From contig OY821641.1 in the NCBI GenBank assembly GCA_963555995.3, positions 2,174,867 to 2,238,866 of the forward strand: 64,000 nt of DNA, in the 5' to 3' direction. The notes beneath the pieces were generated by a model. It saw only the letters and a program-made list of their open reading frames with translations. It had not been told where the DNA came from and did no database searches. Below, one piece after another: positions 36,063 to 45,063 of this stretch; within the stretch, counting starts at the first letter, position 1, and each line of letters begins with the position of its first letter. Origin of the DNA: Vicinamibacteria bacterium (GTDB lineage Bacteria > Acidobacteriota > Vicinamibacteria > Marinacidobacterales > Marinacidobacteraceae). The position numbers and the translations under genes are program-made.

Positions 36063-37592
36063 GTGCCCCGCTTCTACCTGACGACCGCCATTGACTACGT
36101 CAACTCGGCGCCGCACCTGGGGACGGCCTACGAGAAGATCACCGCGGACGTCATCGCCCGCTACCGGCGGGGCGCCGGGTATGACACCCACTTCCTGATG
36201 GGGGCCGACGAGCACTCGCTGAACGTGCGGCGGAAGGCCGAGGAGGAGGGACTCGATCCGCTCGACTACTGCGCCAGGATGGAGGACGTCTTCCGCGGGG
36301 TGTGGGCGAAGCTCGACGTGTCCTACGACGAGTTCATCCGCACCACCGAGAGGCGCCACCAACTCGGGGTGCAGAAGCTGCTGGAAGCGATCCGGGCGAA
36401 GGGCGACATCTACGAGGGCATCTACGAGGGCTGGTACTGCGTCTCCTGCGAGGCGTTCAAGCAGGAGAAGGACCTCGAGGACGGTTTCTGCCCGCTGCAC
36501 CGGGCGAAGCCCGACTGGATCTCCGAGAAGAACCACTTCTTCCGGCTGTCCGCCTACCGCGACGCCCTGCTGGAGCTCTACCGCGCACGGCCCGGCTTCA
36601 TCGAGCCGGCGACCCGGCGGAACGAGCTGACGAACGTGCTGGAGGCGGGGTTGCTCGACCTCTCGGTGAGCCGGCCGGGGACCGGGTGGGGCATCCCCGT
36701 GCCGTTCGACGAGCGCAGCGTGGTGTACGTGTGGTTCGACGCGCTCGTGAACTATCTCTCGACGACGGGATACGGCACCGATGAGGACGGCTGGGACGAG
36801 CGCTGGCCCGCCGACTTGCACATCGTCGGCAAGGACATCACCCGCTTCCACGCGGTCATCTGGCCGGCGATGCTGATGGCGGCGGGGGTGCCGATCCCCC
36901 GGCAGGTCTTCGGCCACGGCTTCGTGAACTTCCAGGGCGAGCGGATGAGCAAGTCGCTCGGCACCGCCGTGGACCCGCTGGAAGCGGCCGACCATTTCGG
37001 CCCCGACCCGCTGCGCCTCTTCCTGGTGCGCGAGATCCAGTACGGGCAGGACGGCGACTTCTCGTGGGACCGCTTCGAGGCCCGCTACGACGCCGATCTC
37101 GCGAATGCGCTCGGGAACCTGGTCAGCCGCATCACCTCGATGGCGGGGCGCTACCGCGACGGACGGCTGCCGGCTTCCGCCCGGTCGGCGCTTCCGGAGG
37201 TCACCGCGAGGGCGGTCGCCGAGTACCACGAAGCGATGGTGGATCTGCGGCTCCAGGACGGAGCGGCGGCGGCCTTCGGGATCGTGAGCGCGGTCAACGA
37301 GTTCCTGACCGAGCGGGCGCCGTGGAAGCTGGCGAAGGACCCGGACGCCGGAGCCGCGCTCGACGAGGCGCTCTACGAGGCCGCGGAGGCGACGCGGGTC
37401 GCGGCGGTGCTGCTCCACCCGGTGATGCCGAAGTCCACGGCCCGCATCCTCGAACGGCTGGGCGGAGCGGACGGGGACGACGTCCGGTTCGACGACCACG
37501 CGGCCTTCCGGAGCGGGCGGGCGCTGGTCACGCGCACCGGAGAGCCGCTCTGGCCGCGACTTTCCGGCGGGAGGTCGGGCGGCAAGGCCTGA
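36063..37592 (+). CDS. metG: Methionine--tRNA ligase (short form)
   Basis: 509 aa with a GTG start. LTTAIDYVNSAPHLGTAYE is the HIGH-type motif and RMSKSLG the KMSKS-type motif. The Zn-knuckle region is WYCVSCEAF...CPLH. Confidence 0.95.
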   Translation: MPRFYLTTAIDYVNSAPHLGTAYEKITADVIARYRRGAGYDTHFLMGADEHSLNVRRKAEEEGLDPLDYCARMEDVFRGVWAKLDVSYDEFIRTTERRHQLGVQKLLEAIRAKGDIYEGIYEGWYCVSCEAFKQEKDLEDGFCPLHRAKPDWISEKNHFFRLSAYRDALLELYRARPGFIEPATRRNELTNVLEAGLLDLSVSRPGTGWGIPVPFDERSVVYVWFDALVNYLSTTGYGTDEDGWDERWPADLHIVGKDITRFHAVIWPAMLMAAGVPIPRQVFGHGFVNFQGERMSKSLGTAVDPLEAADHFGPDPLRLFLVREIQYGQDGDFSWDRFEARYDADLANALGNLVSRITSMAGRYRDGRLPASARSALPEVTARAVAEYHEAMVDLRLQDGAAAAFGIVSAVNEFLTERAPWKLAKDPDAGAALDEALYEAAEATRVAAVLLHPVMPKSTARILERLGGADGDDVRFDDHAAFRSGRALVTRTGEPLWPRLSGGRSGGKA

Positions 37593-37612
37593 CGGGCGAA
37601 CCCCCCGGGGCG

Positions 37613-38875
37613 ATGACTCCCCATCCGGCCGGTCTCCTCTCGCGGAACTGGCTGATGGGGTTCCGCACCGACGTCGTCTGGATCATCCTCTCGGCCGCCG
37701 TCGGCTGGGCCTACCTGGCGCTGATCCTGGGCGTGGGCGCCGGACTCGAGAACCCCATCCGGGACACCTTCGCCACCCTGCGGATCGGCGAGTTCGCGCT
37801 GCCCCTGAGCCTCGGGCTGGTGGTGGTGGCGAGTTGGGCGATCGTCCTCGACGCCCCGCACCTGTTCGCCACCCTGGCCCGCACGGTGCTGGACCCGGAG
37901 GAATGGCGCGTCCGCGGCGGGGTGCTGCTGGCCTCGTTCGGCTTCTTCCTGCTGGGTCCGGCCCTGATCCTGACGCCGCGCTGGCTGTCGTCCGCCGGGA
38001 TGCTCCCCGCCGAGGCGGCAACGCTCGGGAGCGTCGTCTTCCTCGTCTTCTTCCGGCTCTGGGCCTACTACCACGTGGTGCGCCAGCACTGGGGGTTCTT
38101 CCGGCTCTACGCCCGCCGGAACCCGGTAGCGGAGGACGAACCGGAGGCCCGGGTGGACAGGATCGTCTTCCCGGTCCTCTTCTACCTGCCGATCGTCTGG
38201 TTCCTGACCGCGCCCTGGTACGCGGCGAGCGGGATGCCCGAACTCGGCTTCGCCACCGAGGTCGGCGGCCGGACGCTCGGGACCTGGCTGCACGCGCCGG
38301 TGGGATCGGTTTGGCTTCTGACGCTGCTCGCCTACGCCGGCTTCCAGTGGCGGCGCGCCCGGCAGGGGACACCCCGGAACCTGCCCAAGCTGCTCCTGCT
38401 CGGGGCCACCGTTCCCCTCCACGCGGCGGCCTTCTCCGGTCCGCTGCCGGTGCTCTTCGTGGTGCCCCTGGTCACCGCCGGACACAACCTCCAGTACCAG
38501 CGCTTCGTCTGGGACTACGGGCAGCGCCGCTACCAATCGGAACGGAGCCCGGCCGCCTTCTCCTTCCGCAACCCGGCGCTCTATTTCGCGCTCGGGCTCG
38601 TGTTCACCCTCCTCTGCTACCGGGGGCCGCTGGTGGCTTCCGTGAGCGGCCTGCTCGCGGGCTTCCTCGACGGATTCCTGCTGCCCTTCGCGGGTCTCGT
38701 GGCCGGGGCGCCGGGGAGCGGCGGCGGGAGCCTCGGGGCCGAAGTGGTGGGGGCGTCGCTTCTCGGCTGGGCCATGCAGCACTACTACCTCGACGCGAAG
38801 ATCTGGCAGATGTCGAAGGACGAGCGGCTGCGGCGGGTGTTGCGGACGCCGCGTCCGGGCGGAGTGTCCCGGTAG
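37613..38875 (+). CDS. Hypothetical polytopic membrane protein
   Basis: 420 aa from ATG 37613 (MTPHPAGLLSRNWLMGFRTDVVWIILSAAVGWAYLALIL). It has about 10 hydrophobic segments and no family I recognise. The longer track ORF overlaps metG out of frame. Confidence 0.6.
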   Translation: MTPHPAGLLSRNWLMGFRTDVVWIILSAAVGWAYLALILGVGAGLENPIRDTFATLRIGEFALPLSLGLVVVASWAIVLDAPHLFATLARTVLDPEEWRVRGGVLLASFGFFLLGPALILTPRWLSSAGMLPAEAATLGSVVFLVFFRLWAYYHVVRQHWGFFRLYARRNPVAEDEPEARVDRIVFPVLFYLPIVWFLTAPWYAASGMPELGFATEVGGRTLGTWLHAPVGSVWLLTLLAYAGFQWRRARQGTPRNLPKLLLLGATVPLHAAAFSGPLPVLFVVPLVTAGHNLQYQRFVWDYGQRRYQSERSPAAFSFRNPALYFALGLVFTLLCYRGPLVASVSGLLAGFLDGFLLPFAGLVAGAPGSGGGSLGAEVVGASLLGWAMQHYYLDAKIWQMSKDERLRRVLRTPRPGGVSR

Positions 38876-38916
38876 GGGCACAGCCCATCACGGACCGTCA
38901 GCGAAACGCGCTTTCC

Positions 38917-39148
38917 GGCCCCGCGGGCCGCGTGCCGGCCTGGAGGCCGGCGTTCCAAGCCGGTGCGTCACCCTGGAGGTCGGCGCTCCGGGCTGTAGCG
39001 TCATCCGGGAGGTCTGGAGACTGGTGGTCCAGGGCGTACGCGCTGCGAGGGTGGGTGGAGCTACGACGTGCGCGGCGCGGAGCGCCGCGCGTGCCGGTCT
39101 GGAGACCGGCGTTCCAAGCCGGTGCGTCGCCCTGGAGGTCGGCGCTCT
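38917..39148 (+). repeat. Pair of extended REP modules (57-bp direct repeats 159 bp apart)
   Basis: 38932-38988 and 39091-39147: GTGCCGG[C/T]CTGGAG[G/A]CCGGCGTTCCAAGCCGGTGCGTC[A/G]CCCTGGAGGTCGGCGCTC. Each is preceded by a different GC hairpin (CGGCCC-CGC-GGGCCG versus GCGCGGCGC-GGA-GCGCCGCGC). Confidence 0.85.
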
Positions 39149-39152
39149 TGAA

Positions 39153-40010
39153 CTATTGGTCCAGGGACTTCCGGAATGCCGCGATGGTGATCTCGGCGCG
39201 GCGGGCGACGAGCGCCTGGCCGTTCGAGATGGTCTGGTCGAGCGGGTCGAGCGGGACGCCGTTGATCTCGAACAGCCCCGCGTCCCGGCGCTCGCGCGTG
39301 CGGATCGATCCCGGATCCACGGTCGCCATGATCGCGTCGTAGTGGTAGTCGTCGTGGATTCCCGCGCGGGAGGCGGACTGCACGTCGGGCTCCTGGTGGA
39401 TTCCCAGTTCCTTGAGCTGCTCGAAACTCCAGATGTCCTCCCGGTAGTACTCCGGAACGTGGTGGAGACGGACCCCCGCGTGGGGCGGGTCGGCGTTCCA
39501 GCGCTCCGCCACGTTGGCCATCCCCCGCTGGTTCCCGCCGCTGTCGCCGATCATCAGGATGTCGGTGAACCCGCTGGTGGCGAGACTCCACGCTACGTCG
39601 GTGAGCACCATTTCGAAGGTCTCCTGCGTGAGGCTGAACGTCCCGGGAAAGCGCATGTGACCGGTCGGCGGGTCGTGATCGCCCTCGGGCACCAGCTTGA
39701 TGATGGGGGCGACCAGCGCGTTCCCCAGCCGCCGGGCGATGGCCTCGGTGGTGGCCCGCAGCACCACGTTGTGCTTTCCGGTGACCACGTAGGGGCCGTT
39801 CTGTTCGATCCCGCCGGTCGCGACGATCGCGGTGGTGGCGCCATCCGCGATGCGGTCGCGGACCTCCATCCAGGTCAGTTCCTCGATGAAGACGCTGTCG
39901 AAGGCGGCGATGGGCCGCTCCGCGTCGGGGGCGTTCCAGGGATGGTCCTGGGGCCCGCAGCCGAGAGCGAGGAGCGACAAGAAGAGAACGAAGAGCGAAC
40001 GTGAAGACAT
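39153..40010 (-). CDS. Creatininase-family amidohydrolase (secreted lipoprotein-like)
   Basis: ELTWMEVRD...TAIVATGGIEQNGPY...GDSGGN is creatininase-like. Start at ATG 40010 (MSSRSLFVLFLSLLALGCG). Confidence 0.8.
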   Translation of the reverse strand: MSSRSLFVLFLSLLALGCGPQDHPWNAPDAERPIAAFDSVFIEELTWMEVRDRIADGATTAIVATGGIEQNGPYVVTGKHNVVLRATTEAIARRLGNALVAPIIKLVPEGDHDPPTGHMRFPGTFSLTQETFEMVLTDVAWSLATSGFTDILMIGDSGGNQRGMANVAERWNADPPHAGVRLHHVPEYYREDIWSFEQLKELGIHQEPDVQSASRAGIHDDYHYDAIMATVDPGSIRTRERRDAGLFEINGVPLDPLDQTISNGQALVARRAEITIAAFRKSLDQ

Positions 40011-40059
40011 CGGGGGCATTGTCAGCGGGGGTGAACCGGGACGCAAGCGCGTCGTCGAA

Positions 40060-41181
40060 TCAGGTTCGGCTGCGCGGGAACACGGGCACCGGACCGGCCG
40101 GGCGGAGGCCGACGCGCTGACCGGGACGGAGCAGGCCCTGCCAGGCGTCGCGGGCCGGAGACCGCGCGGCGATCGGGCGGCCCGACGGGAGCCGCGCCTC
40201 GATGAGCTGGAAGGCCCCGTGGAACGCCGTCCGGGTCAGTACCGCAGCGGGGGAACCGGCGCGCTCCTCGTCCACGAAGGGCTCCACGAGCAGCCCGTCG
40301 AGCGGCAGCAGCACCTCGACCGGACCCCGGGGAGGCTTCCCGCCGGAGGCCGGCGGCAGGATCTCCACCCGGCCGATCTCGCAGAGCGCTGTCTTCCCGT
40401 CGCTCTCCCCCGGCAGGAAGTTGGTCTCCCCCAGGAACTCCGCGCCGGCCCGGCTTCCGGGATTCCGGGCCAGTTCCTCGGGCTTGCCGGACCGGACCAC
40501 CCTGCCGTCGAGCAGCAGGACCACCTGGTCGGCGAGCAGGAACGCTTCCTCCCGGTCGTGGGTCACGAGGACCGCGGTGGCGTCGAGACGCCGGAGAAGC
40601 TGGGCCACCTCCTCCCGCACGCCGGCCCGCCGGGGCGCGTCGAGGTTCGAGAAGGGCTCGTCCAGCAGCACCACCGCCGGCTCGGGGGCGAGGGCGCGGG
40701 CGAGGGCCACCCGCTGCTGTTCTCCCCCCGAGAGTTCGTGCGGCCGATGACTGGCGACTTCGGAAAGCCCCACCATCTGCAGGGCGCCCCAGGCCCTCGT
40801 GAGCCCGGCCGGCCCCGGAACCCCGAAGGCGACGTTGTCGAGGGCCGAAAGGTGGGGGAAGAGCGCGTACTCCTGGAACACGAGGCCCACCCGCCGCGAT
40901 TCCGGTGGAACGAAGACCCCTTTTCCGGTCACCGTTTCCCCCAGGACCCGAACCTCTCCGGCATCGGCCGTCTCCAGGCCGGCCACGATCCGGAGGAGGG
41001 TCGTCTTCCCGCCGCCGCTGGGCCCGAGTACCGCCGTCAGGCTGCCGGGGGGGACCTCCAGATCCACTCCGGCGAGCACGGGGCGGTCCGGGTCCAGCCT
41101 TCCGTTGCTGAGGAAGCGCTTCTCGATCGCGCGGCAACGAAGCGCCGCTTCCGGGACGGCCCCGGCGCCCGCGCCGAACAT
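40060..41181 (-). CDS. ABC transporter ATP-binding protein (FbpC/PotA-like, iron(III)/polyamine type)
   Basis: Walker A GPSGGGKTTLLR, signature LSGGEQQRVALARAL and Walker B VVLLDEPFSNLD, plus a C-terminal TOBE-like extension. Confidence 0.85.
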   Translation of the reverse strand: MFGAGAGAVPEAALRCRAIEKRFLSNGRLDPDRPVLAGVDLEVPPGSLTAVLGPSGGGKTTLLRIVAGLETADAGEVRVLGETVTGKGVFVPPESRRVGLVFQEYALFPHLSALDNVAFGVPGPAGLTRAWGALQMVGLSEVASHRPHELSGGEQQRVALARALAPEPAVVLLDEPFSNLDAPRRAGVREEVAQLLRRLDATAVLVTHDREEAFLLADQVVLLLDGRVVRSGKPEELARNPGSRAGAEFLGETNFLPGESDGKTALCEIGRVEILPPASGGKPPRGPVEVLLPLDGLLVEPFVDEERAGSPAAVLTRTAFHGAFQLIEARLPSGRPIAARSPARDAWQGLLRPGQRVGLRPAGPVPVFPRSRT

Positions 41182-42770
41182 CAGCGCACCGCCGGACGAA
41201 GCGGCCGTCCGGGACGCAAGACGACGAGCAGCGTCGCCGCGCAGAAGAGCAGCAGAACCAGCGAAGCGGCCGCCGCCCGGCCGAGTTCGACGTTCTCCGC
41301 CGCGCTCCAGACCGTGGTCGCGAGAGTGGCGTAGCCGGTCGGCGCCAGCATGAGGGTGGCGGGCAGCTCCTTGACGCTGGTCAGGAACACGAGCGCGAGG
41401 CCGGAAGCGAGGCCGGGCCCCAGCAGCGGCAGCGTGATGCGCCGGTGGCGGCGCAGCCAGCGGGCGCCCAGCGAACGCGCCGCGTCATCGAGCCGCGGGC
41501 TCAGCGGTCCCAGCGTCGCCTCCACCGGCGCGATCGCCTGCGGCAGCATGTGGACCGCATAGGCGAAGACCAGCAGCGCGAGCGTCTGGTAGAGGAACGG
41601 CGCGACGTTCACCGCGAAGAACACGAGCGACAGCCCGACGACCAGTCCCGGCAGCCCGAAACCGATGTGCGAGATGGCGCGCAGCGCGGAGCTGCGCCTC
41701 GACGGGAAGCGGACCGTCAGAAAGGCCACCGGTACGGCCAGCGCGGTCGTCGCGACCGCGGCGAGCAGCGAAACGAACCCGGTCCGTCCCAGCGCGGCGA
41801 AGAGCCCGGTCCCCGCTCCGGCGGGCGCCTGGATCAGCCAGTAGAGGCAGACGCCGACCGGCAGGACCAGCGCCGGCAGGAGCACCCCGGAGGCGAGCGC
41901 CAGTCCCGCCCACTTCCAGCCGCCGAGCCGGTGGAGGCGCGGCGGCCGGGCCTGCACCGCCCCCGGCGAGGGCCGCGAAGCGCTCTCGAAACGGCTCGCG
42001 GCGGTCAGCACCAGCAGGGTCGCGAACACCAGGAGGAGGGCGAGGCCCGCCGCGGTGTGGCGGTCCAGCGACCCGCGGACCTGGTTGTAGATGGCCCAGG
42101 TGAAGGTCTCGTAGCGGAGCAGGGAGACGGCGCCGAAGTCGCTCAGCGTGTAGAGGGCCGCCAGCAACCCGCCGGAGAGGAGCGCGGTCGAGAGAAGCGG
42201 CAGGGTCACCCGCCGGAACCGCCGCCAGCGGCCGGCTCCCAGCACCCGGGCGGCGTCCTCGAGCGAGGCGTCCATGACCGCGAACCGCGCGCGCGCCGCC
42301 AGGTACACGTACGGGTAGTTCAGCAGCACGAGCACCAGGAAGGCGCCCGGGAAGCCGTAGATCTCGGGAAGCCGTTCCCATCCCGTGAAGGGCTCGAGCG
42401 CGCGCTGGAGGAGCCCGCGTGGTCCCAGCGCGGTCGCCACCGTGAAGGCCGCCACGTAGGACGGCACCGCGAGCGGGAGCGCCAGCAGCCCGGTCAGGAT
42501 GCGCCGGCCCGGAAGGTCGGTCCTCGCGGTGAGCCAGGCGAGCGGCAGTCCCAGTCCCGCGGACCCCAGGGCGACGGCCGCGGTCAGGAGCAGCGTCCTC
42601 CCGGCGATCCCGAAACTGCGCTCGCGCAGCAGCACGTCGAGCAGCCCGCCGCCGGCGACCGCCCGGCCCGCCAGATAGACGAGCGGCAACAGGCACATCG
42701 CCGCGACCACGATGCCCGCCGCCCGGAGCCGCCGCGACGGCCAGCGGGTTCGGCGGGCCGGAATGCTCAT
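41181..42770 (-). CDS. Iron(III)-type ABC transporter permease, duplicated BPD domain (FbpB-like)
   Basis: About 530 aa with two permease halves (…EDAARVLGAGRWRRFRRVTLPLL… and …DDAARSLGARWLRRHRRITLPLL…). Start at ATG 42770. Confidence 0.85.
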   Translation of the reverse strand: MSIPARRTRWPSRRLRAAGIVVAAMCLLPLVYLAGRAVAGGGLLDVLLRERSFGIAGRTLLLTAAVALGSAGLGLPLAWLTARTDLPGRRILTGLLALPLAVPSYVAAFTVATALGPRGLLQRALEPFTGWERLPEIYGFPGAFLVLVLLNYPYVYLAARARFAVMDASLEDAARVLGAGRWRRFRRVTLPLLSTALLSGGLLAALYTLSDFGAVSLLRYETFTWAIYNQVRGSLDRHTAAGLALLLVFATLLVLTAASRFESASRPSPGAVQARPPRLHRLGGWKWAGLALASGVLLPALVLPVGVCLYWLIQAPAGAGTGLFAALGRTGFVSLLAAVATTALAVPVAFLTVRFPSRRSSALRAISHIGFGLPGLVVGLSLVFFAVNVAPFLYQTLALLVFAYAVHMLPQAIAPVEATLGPLSPRLDDAARSLGARWLRRHRRITLPLLGPGLASGLALVFLTSVKELPATLMLAPTGYATLATTVWSAAENVELGRAAAASLVLLLFCAATLLVVLRPGRPLRPAVR

Positions 42771-42845
42771 GGTTCCCGAACGGCGCCCGTCCCCCGGGTT
42801 TCGCCAGCTTGCGGCCAGCGGCGCCAATCCGGGAGCCGGCGCTCC

Positions 42846-43886
42846 CTAGATTGCTCCGACCTCCCGCAGCAGATCCAGGGTGCCGCGCAGGTCGTCGAGG
42901 TCCCCGAGTTCGAGGTCCGGAGGATTGATTTCCGAGAGCGGAGTAACCGCCGGGTCCGTCGCGATGCCCGGAACCAGCGGGTACTCGTAGGTCTCACCGG
43001 CGAAGCGCTCCTGCACCGCTTCGGTGAGCAGGTAGGCCAGGAATCGCTCGGCGGCCTCGGGGTTGGCCGCGGTGTTGACCACGCCGCCGCCGGAGATGTT
43101 GATGAGACCTCCGGCGCCCCCTCCCCGCGGACTCACCGTGCGGGCCGCAAACGCATCTCCGTGCTGCACCAGGAAGCGGAAGAGGTAGTAGTGGTTCGAG
43201 AGCGCGAGCTCGACCTCGCCGTCCGCGACGGCCTGGTAGATGGCCGAGTTGTTCGGGTACGCCACCGGCTCGTTCGCGAGCACTCCTTCGAGCCAGGCGC
43301 GCGCGGCCTCCTCCCCCTCGAGCAGCCGGACCGCGGTCACGAAGGCCTGGAAGGATCCGTTGGTGGGCGCCCAGCCGATCCGGCCCTTCCAGCGGGGGTC
43401 GGTGAAGCCCTGGATGGTGTCCGGCAGGTCCTCGGGGGTCAGGAGTTCGGTGTTGTAAACGAACACCCGCGCGCGTCCGGTGGTTCCCACCCAGCGGCCG
43501 TCCGGGTCCCGGAACCGGGCCGGAACCCGGTCGAGGATGGCATCCGGGAGCGGGCTCAGCCGGCCTTCGCCGGCGAGCTGGCCGAGCGCGCCCGCGTCCT
43601 GGCCGTAGTACACGTCCGCCGGACTCTCGTCGCCTTCTTCGAGAATCTGGGCGGCGAGGTCGGCGGTGCCGCCGTAGCGGATCGCCACCTGGATTCCCGT
43701 CTCGGCCTGAAACGCCTCGACCACCGGCCCCACGAGGGATTCACCCCGTCCACAATAGATGGTCAGGGTCTCGGGTTCGGGAGTACCGGTGCAGCCGGCG
43801 GCCGCGGTGAGGACAATTGCGGCGGCCGCCAACCTCCCGAACCGGGCGGTCGAAGGCTTCTTTTCGATATTGAAAATGGGTTTCAT
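42846..43886 (-). CDS. Iron(III)-type ABC substrate-binding lipoprotein (FbpA-like)
   Basis: Start at ATG 43886: MKPIFNIEKKPSTARFGRLAAAAIVLTAAAGCTG (lipobox). LTIYCGRGESLVGPVVEAF...YYGQDAGAL is typical of FbpA/AfuA. Confidence 0.8.
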   Translation of the reverse strand: MKPIFNIEKKPSTARFGRLAAAAIVLTAAAGCTGTPEPETLTIYCGRGESLVGPVVEAFQAETGIQVAIRYGGTADLAAQILEEGDESPADVYYGQDAGALGQLAGEGRLSPLPDAILDRVPARFRDPDGRWVGTTGRARVFVYNTELLTPEDLPDTIQGFTDPRWKGRIGWAPTNGSFQAFVTAVRLLEGEEAARAWLEGVLANEPVAYPNNSAIYQAVADGEVELALSNHYYLFRFLVQHGDAFAARTVSPRGGGAGGLINISGGGVVNTAANPEAAERFLAYLLTEAVQERFAGETYEYPLVPGIATDPAVTPLSEINPPDLELGDLDDLRGTLDLLREVGAI

Positions 43887-43953
43887 AGTTGATAACTCTA
43901 GCAGAACGGCCGGCCTGGCGCGGGGTTTGCGCCGCCGGTGTTCGTCCTTCCTG

Positions 43954-45063
43954 ATGTTCCCCACGCGCCGCGTCACCGCCTTCCTGCTGGGCGCTTCGCT
44001 GGCCAGCCTGCCCCTGACGGCAAGCGGCGCACAGATCGAACTCGAACGGCGGGTCTCCGAGGTCTATCGGACGGCCAGCCCGGCGGTCGTGAACATCACC
44101 GCCCAGATCCAGAGTTACGACTGGTTCCGCGGCCAGGTCACCCAGGAGGGCTCGGGTTCCGGGTTCGTCTATGACTCCCGGGGCCGGATCGTGACCAACT
44201 ACCACGTGGTGGAAGCCGCCGACCAGCTTCAGGTCACCTTCAAGGGCGGCGAGGTGCGGGACGCCCGCCTCGTCGGCGCCGATCCTGCCAACGATCTCGC
44301 GGTGCTGGAGGTGGCCGCGGGAGCCGGCGATCCCAGGCCGCTGACGCTGGGAGACTCGGACGCTCTGGAGGTGGGACGCTTCGTGGTGGCCATCGGACAC
44401 CCCTTCGGCCTCGACCAGACTCTCACCACCGGGGTGGTGAGCGGCCTGGGGCGCGTCATCGAGAGTCCCGACCAGGGATTCATCGGGGAGATCATCCAGA
44501 CCGACGCGGCCATCAACCAGGGCAACTCGGGGGGGCCGCTCCTCGATCTCGACGGCCGGGTGGTGGGCGTGAACAGCGCCATCGTGAGCCCCACCGGGAC
44601 CTCGGCCGGCATCGGCTACGCGATCCCCGCCACCACGCTGGCGCGCGTCGTGCCGGAACTCATCGAGAACGGCCGGTATCCCCATCCCCACCTGGCCATC
44701 TCCGTCCAGGAGATCCCCGAGCGGTTCGCCGGCTACTTCCGGCGGGCCGGAATCGCCGCCCCCCCGGAGGGGGGCCTGATGATCCGGGCAGTCGCCCGCG
44801 GAGGGCCCGCCGACCGCGCGGGCCTGCGGGGCGCCGGCAGGGTCGGCCGGATCGGCAACCTCCGGGTCCGCTACGGCGGGGACTACCTGCTGGCGGTGGA
44901 CGGGCGGACCGTCCGCACGGAGCGCGACCTCCTGCTCCTTCTCGAAACGAACTACCGGGTCGGTGACGAGGTCGGCCTGCGGATCTGGCGGGACGAGCGC
45001 GAACTCGACGTCCGGGTGCGGCTCATTGACCGCGACACGGTCATCCGCCGCCGGCGGCGTTAG
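43954..45063 (+). CDS. HtrA/DegP-like S1C serine protease with PDZ domain
   Basis: Catalytic triad context TNYHVV / NDLAVLE / GNSGGPL, with a C-terminal PDZ (GGPADRAGLRG...DYLLAVDG). Start at ATG 43954. Confidence 0.85.
   Translation: MFPTRRVTAFLLGASLASLPLTASGAQIELERRVSEVYRTASPAVVNITAQIQSYDWFRGQVTQEGSGSGFVYDSRGRIVTNYHVVEAADQLQVTFKGGEVRDARLVGADPANDLAVLEVAAGAGDPRPLTLGDSDALEVGRFVVAIGHPFGLDQTLTTGVVSGLGRVIESPDQGFIGEIIQTDAAINQGNSGGPLLDLDGRVVGVNSAIVSPTGTSAGIGYAIPATTLARVVPELIENGRYPHPHLAISVQEIPERFAGYFRRAGIAAPPEGGLMIRAVARGGPADRAGLRGAGRVGRIGNLRVRYGGDYLLAVDGRTVRTERDLLLLLETNYRVGDEVGLRIWRDERELDVRVRLIDRDTVIRRRRR

Noticed and set aside
43866-43884. Fur-box-like sequence GATATTGAAAATGGGTTTC (13/19 matches to GATAATGATAATCATTATC) at the start of the iron-type ABC operon.
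   Set aside because: It overlaps the first codons of the binding-protein gene rather than a promoter. The AT-richness is explained by the Lys/Ile/Asn/Phe codons of MKPIFNIEKK. A 13/19 match is weak. It would be worth a PWM scan only if a Fur regulon model for the lineage exists.
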